64,000 nt of DNA from contig DBFJOT010000010.1 in NCBI GenBank assembly GCA_048405595.1, positions 7,578-71,577 on the forward strand, written 5' to 3'. The first letter of the stretch is position 1. Each line of letters begins with the position of its first letter. Below are positions 1-8,873 of the stretch, piece after piece. The translations under genes and the position numbers were made by a program. The stretch is from Candidatus Onthovivens sp. (lineage in GTDB: Bacteria; Bacillota_I; Bacilli_A; RFN20; CAG-826). The notes under the pieces were generated by a model. It did no database searches and had not been told where the DNA came from. It was given only the letters and a program-made list of their open reading frames with translations.

Positions 1-1295
1 CCATACCTATGTCTGTCTTCTGGAATATGCGAAATTCCATTTTCATTTCTTTTTCTAACAGACAAATTTTCTAAGTGAATTTTTCCTTCCTTAGCTTCAT
101 CTAAGAACGCTTTTTCAGAACGGACTTTGTAATTTGGTTTGGTTTTCGCAAAGTTTTTCTTATTTTTTCTAAATAAATTAGTGAATAAGTTCATACCTTT
201 ACTGGTGTAATATCCAATAAATTTAGTACCAAATGTTAGTGAATCGGCGAAGTAGTACCAACCTTGTTTAATAATTTTATTGGTTTTAGTAATCCATGTT
301 TCTTTAAGATATGGATTATTTTCACCTTTATCAAAATGAAGAACAGCTTTGCCATTTTGAATTTTTTCAAGACCAGTTAAAGCATAAATTAAATCACTTT
401 GACCATTTCCTTCAATTCCAGCAATACAAACAATTTCACCTTTTCTAACATTGAAAGATACATTATGAACAACTTCTTTTTTCTTATCTGTATTAAAAAC
501 ACTTAAGTCTTTAACTTCTAAAACTGTATCTCCAGGTTTACATTCTTTTTTATCTGCACTTAGTTTAACATCTCTACCAACCATAAGTTTTGAAAGCTCA
601 ACTTCGTTAGTATTTTTTGTTTCGTAAGTCCCAAGACATTTTCCTTTTTGTAAGATTGTGACTCGATCACTTACTTCCATAATTTCATTTAACTTATGTG
701 AAATGAATAAAATCGATTTTCCTTCCTTAACCAATTCTTTCATTGATTTCATTAAGTTTTCAATTTCTTGTGGAGTCAAAACCGCAGTAGGTTCATCAAA
801 AATTAAGATATCATTTTGACGATAAAGCATTTTTAAAATTTCAATCTTTTGTTGAGCACCAACTGGCATATTTTCGACTACATCGTTTAAATTGACATCG
901 AAATGATACTTTTCACATAAATCAACTAATGATTGTTTAACTCTTTTTGGTTGTAAAAAACCGTATTTAGTTGGCTCATGACCTAAAATGATGTTTTGTA
1001 ATCCAGTATAGCATTCAACTAATTTGAAATGTTGGTGTACCATTCCAATGCCATATTTTGTAGCATCATTTGGATTTTTAATTTGAACTTTTTGACCTTT
1101 AACAAAAATTTCACCTTTATCTGGTTCATACATTCCAAATAAAATTGACATTAAAGTTGATTTTCCAGCACCATTTTCTCCTAATAAAGCATGAATTTCA
1201 CCTTTACGAAGAGTTAATGATATATCATCATTAGCTTTAATTCCTGGGAAAGATTTAGTTATGTGATTTAGTTCAATGACGTTTTCGTATTCCAT
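1..1295 (-). CDS. ABC transporter ATP-binding protein, tandem-ATPase type (3' end runs off the window)
   Basis: Absent from the ORF track because the window edge cuts it. Reverse complement from ATG at 1293-1295 reads MEYENVIELNHITKSFPGIKANDDISLTLRKGEIHALLGENGAGKSTLMS (Walker A), then LIFDEPTAVL (Walker B), then a second P-loop GIEGNGQS. It lies directly downstream of the BMP-family binding protein. Confidence 0.85.
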   Translation of the reverse strand, partial: MEYENVIELNHITKSFPGIKANDDISLTLRKGEIHALLGENGAGKSTLMSILFGMYEPDKGEIFVKGQKVQIKNPNDATKYGIGMVHQHFKLVECYTGLQNIILGHEPTKYGFLQPKRVKQSLVDLCEKYHFDVNLNDVVENMPVGAQQKIEILKMLYRQNDILIFDEPTAVLTPQEIENLMKSMKELVKEGKSILFISHKLNEIMEVSDRVTILQKGKCLGTYETKNTNEVELSKLMVGRDVKLSADKKECKPGDTVLEVKDLSVFNTDKKKEVVHNVSFNVRKGEIVCIAGIEGNGQSDLIYALTGLEKIQNGKAVLHFDKGENNPYLKETWITKTNKIIKQGWYYFADSLTFGTKFIGYYTSKGMNLFTNLFRKNKKNFAKTKPNYKVRSEKAFLDEAKEGKIHLENLSVRKRNENGISHIPEDRHRY

Positions 1296-1311
1296 AAACT
1301 ATTTCCTTTTT

Positions 1312-1361
1312 GCAAAAAAGTTAATAGGCATACTTAGTGTATAACCAAGACACCTATTAAC
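1312..1361 (-). terminator. Intra-operon hairpin plus U-run between the binding-protein gene and the ATPase gene
   Basis: 9-bp arms at 1320-1328 (gttaatagg) and 1353-1361 (cctattaac). On the minus strand a T-run follows (A-run 1314-1319 on the plus strand). Confidence 0.5.
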
Positions 1362-1385
1362 TTCATTAAATCATTTTTAATTAAA

Positions 1386-2681
1386 TTAGCCAATGTAATT
1401 GACTGTACAGTATTGTGGATTTACACCAAAATTATTTTCTTTTAAAGTTTCGTTATCCGAGAATGAATTAACTTGAACAGTTCCGTTTTTAACTTTTTCG
1501 TAGAATGTTTCGTATTCTTCAACTGTAAAATTACTGAAATTCCAGCATCCTTCTCCATCAACTTCTGGTGTTGGTAATTTACAGCTATCTGATTTACATC
1601 CAACTGTAACGACATTTTCAGCTAAATCTGTTGACCATTTTTGATCATTTTCACAATATGTTGTTAATAAAACTTCAACAGCATCTTGTAAGTTTTTCAT
1701 AGCTGAAGTTAAAACTGCAGAACCATTAACACTTGAATCAGCGTATTGGTTAACGTCAACACCAATCCATTTTTTGTTTCCGTTTGTTTTTGATGCCTCT
1801 AAAACTGATTGATAAACTGCACCACCACAAGCAAAGATAACATCAGCACTTCCATTTTGATACCATGTTTTAGCAAATGATGTAGCTTCAGTTGTTGGCC
1901 CGAATTCGCCAGCATAATAATATTGAACTGAAACTGGTTCACTTAAATTTAATTCTTGAGCAGCATAAGCAGCGCCTTGAACATATCCTGATCCATATCT
2001 AACAACAGCAGGAACAGCCATACCACCAACAAAACCTAATTTTTTAAATCCTTCTTTTACAGCTGCATATCCAGCAAGGAATCCGGATTGTTCTTCTCTA
2101 TAAATAACAGATGTTACTCTTTCATTATATTCATATGGTGTATTTTCATCATCTTGTTTAACACAATCTAAAGCTAATAAATGAACATTATCAAAAGCAT
2201 GATCATTAATTGCTAATTTGATAGCGCCTTGGAATAAGTAGCCAGGTAAAACAATAACATCTGCTTTAAATTTTGTAGCTGCTTCTTTCATAGCTGCAAA
2301 TCTACCATTTGTATCATAAGCGTCTTCTGCTGGTTGATAATACATTGTATGAATTTTTCCAGTTTTAACTATTTTATTATCGATTTTACCTTTTCCGTTT
2401 TTGACAGCAAATTCATTAACACCTTTCCAAGCTGATTCATTAAATGAGTGATCATCAAGAGTTCCACTATCTGTAACTAAAGCGATTTTTAATGGGTTTG
2501 TTTCAGTAAAATTAGCTAATTTATCTTCTGCAACTTCTTTATCTGTTCCAATGTTAATTTCTTCTAAATATTCTTTTTGAACACTTTCCCAATCACCGTA
2601 ATCGACGACAGTTTCACCGCATGATGTAGCGAGTAATGCGCACATAGTTAATGAAAATAAATTAATAATTTTTTTCTTCAT
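1386..2681 (-). CDS. BMP-family ABC transporter substrate-binding lipoprotein (nucleoside/purine-type)
   Basis: 431-aa ORF. Signal peptide with lipobox LLATSC. BMP/PnrA-like core. Followed by a tandem-ATPase ABC gene. Confidence 0.85.
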   Translation of the reverse strand: MKKKIINLFSLTMCALLATSCGETVVDYGDWESVQKEYLEEINIGTDKEVAEDKLANFTETNPLKIALVTDSGTLDDHSFNESAWKGVNEFAVKNGKGKIDNKIVKTGKIHTMYYQPAEDAYDTNGRFAAMKEAATKFKADVIVLPGYLFQGAIKLAINDHAFDNVHLLALDCVKQDDENTPYEYNERVTSVIYREEQSGFLAGYAAVKEGFKKLGFVGGMAVPAVVRYGSGYVQGAAYAAQELNLSEPVSVQYYYAGEFGPTTEATSFAKTWYQNGSADVIFACGGAVYQSVLEASKTNGNKKWIGVDVNQYADSSVNGSAVLTSAMKNLQDAVEVLLTTYCENDQKWSTDLAENVVTVGCKSDSCKLPTPEVDGEGCWNFSNFTVEEYETFYEKVKNGTVQVNSFSDNETLKENNFGVNPQYCTVNYIG

Positions 2682-3047
2682 ATTATAATGTCCTCCTTAT
2701 ACAAAGAAAAATTGGCATATTATTTCAAATTTTCACTTCCTTGAAAAAGAGGTTAATAACTAATCCTATCTTCAGGTAGCCCCTAAACTTTGGCTTCAGG
2801 CTGGAAGTGGTTCACCTTTTTGAACCGATATACCTGTAAGAACTTCTTACCTCTAAAATATAAAAAAATTGTAAATACTTGTAAATTAAAATATTTAGGA
2901 CATTTTTCTTTCCAAATTAAATTTATTCGATTGCATCGATATTTTTCACAATTTATTAATTTTATAAGTGAAAGTATGAAAGCGTTTTCACTTAATGTTA
3001 AATTAATATCCACATTTTTATTAATTTGTTTAACAAAAATAAGCATC

Positions 3048-3071
3048 AAAAAAAGGTGGCATTACCACCTT
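3048..3071 (-). terminator. Intrinsic terminator of prs
   Basis: Stem AAGGTGG/CCACCTT (3053-3059 / 3065-3071) with a 5-nt loop. On the minus strand a run of 7 U follows (A-run 3048-3054). Confidence 0.7.
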
Positions 3072-3077
3072 CTTATA

Positions 3078-4052
3078 TTAATGGAATCTTGCGTATTGAT
3101 CTTTGATCTTTTCGTGTGATTCGTGTGATTTAATACAATCAGCAATCATTTCAGCTGTTGTAATTACTCTAATCTTTTTGGAGTCTTCGAATTCTTTATG
3201 TTCGATTGTATCTGTAACAAGAACTCTTTCGATATAATCAGCATTCTCAAATTTTTCTAATGCATTGCCGTTAAATAAAGCGTGTGAGCAGCAAATGATA
3301 ACTGATTTTGCACCTCTTTCTTTAAGAACTTTAGCACCAGCTAAAATTGTTCCGCCTGTATCGATAATATCATCAACCATAATACAAACTTTTCCTTCGA
3401 TATCACCAACTACGTTAGTAATTTCAGCAACGTTTGGTTTTGGTCTACGTTTATCGATAACAACAATTGAAGTATTAGGAATGAAATTAGCTAAATCTCT
3501 AGCTCTATGCATAGCACCATGATCTGGAGCAACGATAGCAATTCTATCTGGATCATCTTCATTATGTTTCAATAAATATTTCTTTAAATATTTACCAAAT
3601 AAATATGATGGTGAAAGGTTATCTAAAGGAACACCAAAGAATCCTTGAATTTGTGGAGTGTGTAATTCAACTGTTAATACACGTTTAACTCCTACGTTTG
3701 TAAATAAATCAGCGACTAATTTTGCACTAATTGGTTCGTTGATATGCGCGATTCTATCTTGTCTAGCATAGCCAAAATAAGGCATGATGACAGTAACTTC
3801 GCGGCAGTTTGCTCTTTTTGCCCCATCAATAAATATGAGAGTTTCCATAATTCTATCATTGACAGGTTTACATGTTGATTGAATTATATATACTTTTTTG
3901 CCTCTAACATCTTCTAATGATGTTGCTAAGCATTCCCCATCAGCAAAGTGGTGAATCTCACTCTTCGATCTTTCAATTCCGAGGTGAGCGCAAACTTTGT
4001 TAGTGAGCTCAATATTTGAAGATAATGAGAAAACTAAAATATCTTTTATCAT
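3078..4052 (-). CDS. prs: Ribose-phosphate pyrophosphokinase
   Basis: 324 aa. Typical Prs sequence: HFADGE, YFGYARQDR, and PRPP-binding loop VDDIIDTGGT. Confidence 0.95.
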   Translation of the reverse strand: MIKDILVFSLSSNIELTNKVCAHLGIERSKSEIHHFADGECLATSLEDVRGKKVYIIQSTCKPVNDRIMETLIFIDGAKRANCREVTVIMPYFGYARQDRIAHINEPISAKLVADLFTNVGVKRVLTVELHTPQIQGFFGVPLDNLSPSYLFGKYLKKYLLKHNEDDPDRIAIVAPDHGAMHRARDLANFIPNTSIVVIDKRRPKPNVAEITNVVGDIEGKVCIMVDDIIDTGGTILAGAKVLKERGAKSVIICCSHALFNGNALEKFENADYIERVLVTDTIEHKEFEDSKKIRVITTAEMIADCIKSHESHEKIKDQYARFH

Positions 4053-4159
4053 GAGAATTTATCCTCCTTCTTCAGCATCTCAAATATTACCATTTTAGTT
4101 AAATAAATAAAATAGATTTACGTCACAAAAAAGCGTTTCGTAACTTAAAATTCAAAAAT

Positions 4160-5818
4160 TTATTCAAAATGGATTGAAGTTGAAAAAACCTCGGCCCCAT
4201 CGTTGAATTTTACGCCTTCATTATTTCTTCCATTCACGAAATACTTAGAATATATTTCGTCAATTTTAAATTCATCTCCACTACGAAAAAGCATTTCGTT
4301 AGTTAAAGGTGTTCTTGTTTTTTCACCATTTAATTCATCATTCGTTGAAAAATATAAATTTGTATAATCTTGATCAAGTTCTTCAAAATTTTTTACTAAT
4401 AAAGTTGCTTCATTAAAATAATCAATATTTTTATTTTCTTGTAGTAAATAATGATAGCCTAATTTTTTTATTACTTTAGTTTCAGATAATGGCGCCTCGC
4501 CAGAAGAATTTGTAATAACTTTCATTCCTACTTCAGCTTTTGAGATCGGAACACTCGAATTATAAAATTCAGCATCGACAACTTTATTTTGCATTTCTAA
4601 TTTCAGTAATCTACCGTCAATATGAAATATACGATATCCACTTTCATCTATATCAATTGAAGGAACTCCTTCTTGCTCTGAATCATTAGTCAAATCAAAG
4701 TAATTGAGAGAAGATTCAGAAGCATCAAAATAATCTAATAAAATATATTCTTTAAATGGATTAAAAACATAATTATCTTTGTTTTTGCAATTCAATTCTT
4801 TTTCATCTTCAAGTATAACTACACAACTATTATTTTTAATTAATTCTTCTTCGTTAATTGTAGCATTTCCGTATACAACATAAGGTTTCATCCAACCTAA
4901 ACACATTTTTGAATAAGCATTATGATCAAATAAATTTAAATCCATCATATCAAACCCAGCCATTGGATAATATGAATTACCATAATCATATAAATCAGAT
5001 AATCCAAATAAATGACCAGTCTCATGAATGAAAGTGCGAGCGTTTATTGCTCCATAATATCCATCCATAAAATCATAACTTGCAAAACTATAGATTAAAG
5101 GTGATTGATTTTGTGAGTGATTGGTTGTTAAAGATTTAGAAGCGGTATATGCCCATAAAAGTTTATTCTTGTTTCCAGGATTATTTGTATAATTTGGAAC
5201 ATCATAAATTGCCCAAATAGCATCGATTACACCATCTTTATTTTTATCAAATTTATTTAAATCAATTTTCTTACCATTTATTTTTGCGTTCTTTGTTGCA
5301 TTAGATATTAGCAAATCAACATTTTCTTCTTCAAGCAATGCTTTACTAGAAAAAGTTGTATACCAATCAGCAACTTCAAAATTAAGATTTATCTTGCCAA
5401 AACTTGATTTTTTATAAAATTCTTTAACTGATGTCGGATAAACTTTTTTATTATTACTTCCGTTAAAGGCCGCTTTAATATTGGCTTTTATTTCATCTTC
5501 AAATATAAAATTATTACTATCTTCGAAATGAATAGGTAAAACTAAAACATCAATCGCATCTCCAACTTGACTTGTTAAATAATATGGGTAAGTTTTGTCT
5601 TTAGCTAACTGAGGTAAGGTATTTGTAATTGTTAAATCACTTGGTTTAATCACTTCTCCACTTGTAGGAAGTGTTTTACTAATTGTAACTTTAGCGTTTT
5701 TAGAAGTTTTGTGGTCGACAAAATAACTATTACCACAACTTGATAATGACAAACTTATTAAAGCTATTGAAGCACTATAAACAGTAAGATTAATTTTTTT
5801 ATTTCTATTTTTAAACAT
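4160..5818 (-). CDS. Secreted zinc metalloprotease lipoprotein (M6 / immune-inhibitor-A-like)
   Basis: 552 aa. Lipobox LSLSSC. Zinc motif FIHETGHLFGLSDLYDY (HExxH followed by D-L-Y-D, as in the M6 family). Confidence 0.7.
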   Translation of the reverse strand: MFKNRNKKINLTVYSASIALISLSLSSCGNSYFVDHKTSKNAKVTISKTLPTSGEVIKPSDLTITNTLPQLAKDKTYPYYLTSQVGDAIDVLVLPIHFEDSNNFIFEDEIKANIKAAFNGSNNKKVYPTSVKEFYKKSSFGKINLNFEVADWYTTFSSKALLEEENVDLLISNATKNAKINGKKIDLNKFDKNKDGVIDAIWAIYDVPNYTNNPGNKNKLLWAYTASKSLTTNHSQNQSPLIYSFASYDFMDGYYGAINARTFIHETGHLFGLSDLYDYGNSYYPMAGFDMMDLNLFDHNAYSKMCLGWMKPYVVYGNATINEEELIKNNSCVVILEDEKELNCKNKDNYVFNPFKEYILLDYFDASESSLNYFDLTNDSEQEGVPSIDIDESGYRIFHIDGRLLKLEMQNKVVDAEFYNSSVPISKAEVGMKVITNSSGEAPLSETKVIKKLGYHYLLQENKNIDYFNEATLLVKNFEELDQDYTNLYFSTNDELNGEKTRTPLTNEMLFRSGDEFKIDEIYSKYFVNGRNNEGVKFNDGAEVFSTSIHFE

Positions 5819-5820
5819 AC

Positions 5821-6747
5821 CTATTCGTTAAAGAAATTTAAAACGTCTTTATAAACTTTAATGTTATCTTTTTCGTTTAAGATTTCATGACGCATATTTT
5901 TATAAACAATTACTCTAGAATTTAATCCATTCTTTAAATAAAGTTCATTCAACTTAACTAAGCCCTTACCATTACTAGAAACAGCGTCACTATCTCCACC
6001 AATAATTAAAATAGGCAAGGTTTTCTCAATGCCTTTGATATTTGATGTTTTTTGGATAGAAGATAAACCCTTCATAAACTCTTTATAGAATCCATTAGTT
6101 GGTCTATATCCACTGAATTCATCTTTATCGTATATTTCAACATTCTCTTCATTAAAAGAAATCCAAGCATTATTTGACTTCGCTCCTTTAACGGTTTTTT
6201 CATATGCACCTATTGATAAAGTATGGATGAATCCAGCACTTTTATGGAAATTATTTTTATGTATAAATAATTTCGTAAACAATGAACCAGCTTTAACAAG
6301 TGGGTTTCTTCCATTTGTTCCACATAAGACAACTTTATCAATTGAGCTACTATATTTTTCAATATAACCTTGAGTTACAAAAGATCCCATCGAGTGAGCA
6401 AATAAATAAATTGGTTTATCTTTATATTGCTTTTTTAATACTCCAACATATTGAAGCATTGTATCTTGCATCTTGAAAAAATAATCTTCGACAACGTGAC
6501 CTAATTCGCCGTTTTTTCCTAAACCTTGTCCATAGTGATCTAAACAATAAACAGCTATTCCGTTCTGATTTAAGAATGTAGCAAAATCATCATAACGAGC
6601 ACTATTTTCTGCCATCCCAGTAACTAACAATAAAATTTTCTTTGGATTTTCAATTTCCCACGAATTTCCAAAAAGTGTATCACCAAATTTATTTTTAAAA
6701 CTAATTTCTTTCATTGCTTTATCTCCGTTATTAATTAATTTTATCAT
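5821..6747 (-). CDS. Alpha/beta hydrolase (lysophospholipase / monoacylglycerol-lipase-like)
   Basis: 308 aa. Nucleophile elbow AHSMGS. C-terminal His region MRHEIL. Confidence 0.75.
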   Translation of the reverse strand: MIKLINNGDKAMKEISFKNKFGDTLFGNSWEIENPKKILLLVTGMAENSARYDDFATFLNQNGIAVYCLDHYGQGLGKNGELGHVVEDYFFKMQDTMLQYVGVLKKQYKDKPIYLFAHSMGSFVTQGYIEKYSSSIDKVVLCGTNGRNPLVKAGSLFTKLFIHKNNFHKSAGFIHTLSIGAYEKTVKGAKSNNAWISFNEENVEIYDKDEFSGYRPTNGFYKEFMKGLSSIQKTSNIKGIEKTLPILIIGGDSDAVSSNGKGLVKLNELYLKNGLNSRVIVYKNMRHEILNEKDNIKVYKDVLNFFNE

Positions 6748-6880
6748 ATCTTGAAATTTATTTTAAATAGTATGAATATGTCATTTATGTACAAATGTTC
6801 ATTATTCCATATAAAAAGTCGCGTTAGTAAAACTCGAATATCTATATATTTTTTAATTTATAAACATTAAAATATACTTC

Positions 6881-8131
6881 ATGGAAAAATGGGTAATGGT
6901 AATTGATTTGAAAGCGTTTTATGCTTCTTTTGAATGCATCGAAAGAGGCCTTAATCCTTTCACCACTCCATTAGCTGTTACAGATTTAGAGAGAAAAGAT
7001 GCTACAATTGTTTTAAGTGTTTCACCATTTTTAAAAGCTTTAGGCGTTCCAAGTAGATGTAGAAGGCGTGAACTACCTAAAAATATACCAGGAATGATTT
7101 ACGCTAAGCCTCAAATGGAAAAATATGTTAAATGTAGCGCTAAGATTGTTTCTATATTTTTAGATTATGTAGCTTTAGATGACATCCATATTTACTCAAT
7201 AGATGAATCATTTTTAAACATAGGACCATATTTAAAATTATATAAATGTTCACCATATGAACTAGGAAAGCGAATTCTTAATTCAATTAAAGAGCAAACT
7301 GGATTAACCGCTACTTGTGGGATTGGACAAAACATGTTTTTAGCAAAAATGGCAGACGATAAAGAGGCAAAAAACAATAAAGATTTTATTGCTATTTGGA
7401 CATATGATGATGTGCCAAAGAAATTATGGCCAATAAAACCATTAAATGAAATTTGGGGAATCTCATCAGGGTATACAAAGCGATTAAATACTCTTGGTTT
7501 ATATAGCGTATATGATGTCGCTCATTATAATAAAGATATTTTAGTTAAAAAATTTGGGATAATGGGCGAAGAACTTTATAATCACTGCAACGGAATTGAT
7601 AACAGCGATATTAGAGAAAAATATATTCCTGTAAATAAAAATCTCTCATTAGGACAAGTTTTAATGAGAGATTACTCTAAGGAAGAAGCTATATTGATTA
7701 TCAAAGAAATGAACGAAGATCTTTGTGTTAGACTTCGCCAAGCAAAAATGAAGGTTGGCACTGTTTATCTAATGGTTAGATATTCTTTCACATGTAACGA
7801 ACCACCATTTGCTCATCAACTAAAGATGACTATACCAACGGATTTAAATAGTGAATTATTAAATGGCTTGCTTTACTTGTATCATTCTTATGTTAAGGAC
7901 AAACCGATTAGACAAATTGGTATTTCTTTCGGAAGTTTAGAGCCAAATAAAATAACACAGTTAAGTATTTTCCAAGACATTGATAGCGTAATGAAGGAGA
8001 AAAATCTTTACACAGCAATGGATGAAATTCAGAAAAAATACGGCAAAAATAAAGTTTTAAAAGGCGATTCACTTAAAAAAGAATCAACAATTAAAGAAAG
8101 ACATAACCAAATTGGCGGTCATAGAAAATAA
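6881..8131 (+). CDS. Y-family (UmuC/DinB-like) translesion DNA polymerase
   Basis: 416 aa. N-terminus VIDLKAFYASFE and SIDESFL, which are the catalytic acidic motifs of Y-family polymerases. Confidence 0.85.
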   Translation: MEKWVMVIDLKAFYASFECIERGLNPFTTPLAVTDLERKDATIVLSVSPFLKALGVPSRCRRRELPKNIPGMIYAKPQMEKYVKCSAKIVSIFLDYVALDDIHIYSIDESFLNIGPYLKLYKCSPYELGKRILNSIKEQTGLTATCGIGQNMFLAKMADDKEAKNNKDFIAIWTYDDVPKKLWPIKPLNEIWGISSGYTKRLNTLGLYSVYDVAHYNKDILVKKFGIMGEELYNHCNGIDNSDIREKYIPVNKNLSLGQVLMRDYSKEEAILIIKEMNEDLCVRLRQAKMKVGTVYLMVRYSFTCNEPPFAHQLKMTIPTDLNSELLNGLLYLYHSYVKDKPIRQIGISFGSLEPNKITQLSIFQDIDSVMKEKNLYTAMDEIQKKYGKNKVLKGDSLKKESTIKERHNQIGGHRK

Positions 8132-8138
8132 TTTTAAA

Positions 8139-8790
8139 TTATTTATTCTTTATTAAATTAGTTAAATCAGCAATTTCTCTTTCTAAGTTTTCATAGAACT
8201 TAGAAATATGAAGTCCATCTACTATAGCATGATTGCATAAAGTAGAAATTGGAATTTTTACTTTTCCATTTTCTTCAAAATATTTTCCCCATGTAATTCT
8301 AGGATTGCTATCTGCAGGAATTAGTATTGGATTAATTGAAGGCTGAATAAGAAATCCAAGGAACACACGAAATAAAAAATCCTTGTAGTTTATCTTCTCT
8401 ACTTTCTTTAATTGTATTTCTCTTTTTTGCCTCTTCTTGAGCTTTTAATGAATGAGGTAAATATTCAAAATAAGGTAAATTTGGATCTAGCTTACAATAA
8501 CAATATGTCTCATCTTCTAACGCTAATGTGTGAGTCGAAAAACATTGATCAAATTCGATAATTTTATCACCGATTATTCTTTGTCTAAATTCTTTAACTC
8601 CATTTGCCGCTCTAGTTACGCAATAACATAACGATAAAAAGAAAGGACATTTATTTTTTTTAAGTACTTTCAAAAAATCAGTAATATCAATATTAACTGT
8701 TACACCAACATGCGGAATGGCTAACTTATTAAAATAATCAAAATGACTTTTTCTTTTGTAAGTACTCATATCTATATATTTATAACTCAT
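8139..8790 (-). pseudogene. cat: Type-A chloramphenicol acetyltransferase family gene split by a frameshift
   Basis: Two adjacent ORFs (8332-8817 and 8139-8366) together cover one CAT-like protein. The first ends FFISCVPWISYSAFN. The second carries the catalytic-His region NHAIVDGLH. The reading frame changes around 8332-8366. The likely start is ATG 8788-8790, preceded by GAAGGAG. Confidence 0.75.
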
Positions 8791-8873
8791 ACATTCTCCT
8801 TCATAAGTTAAATTCATAAAAGAAAAGTCATTAAGTATGAACTTAATAATCGTTCTACTTAATGACTTGTATT

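Noticed and set aside
2783-3119. Two track ORFs (88 aa minus strand, 109 aa plus strand) in the BMP-prs intergenic region.
   Set aside because: They are mutually antisense and low complexity. They overlap the prs terminator and the 3' end of prs, and have no RBS. The region is better explained as the promoter and leader of the BMP operon.
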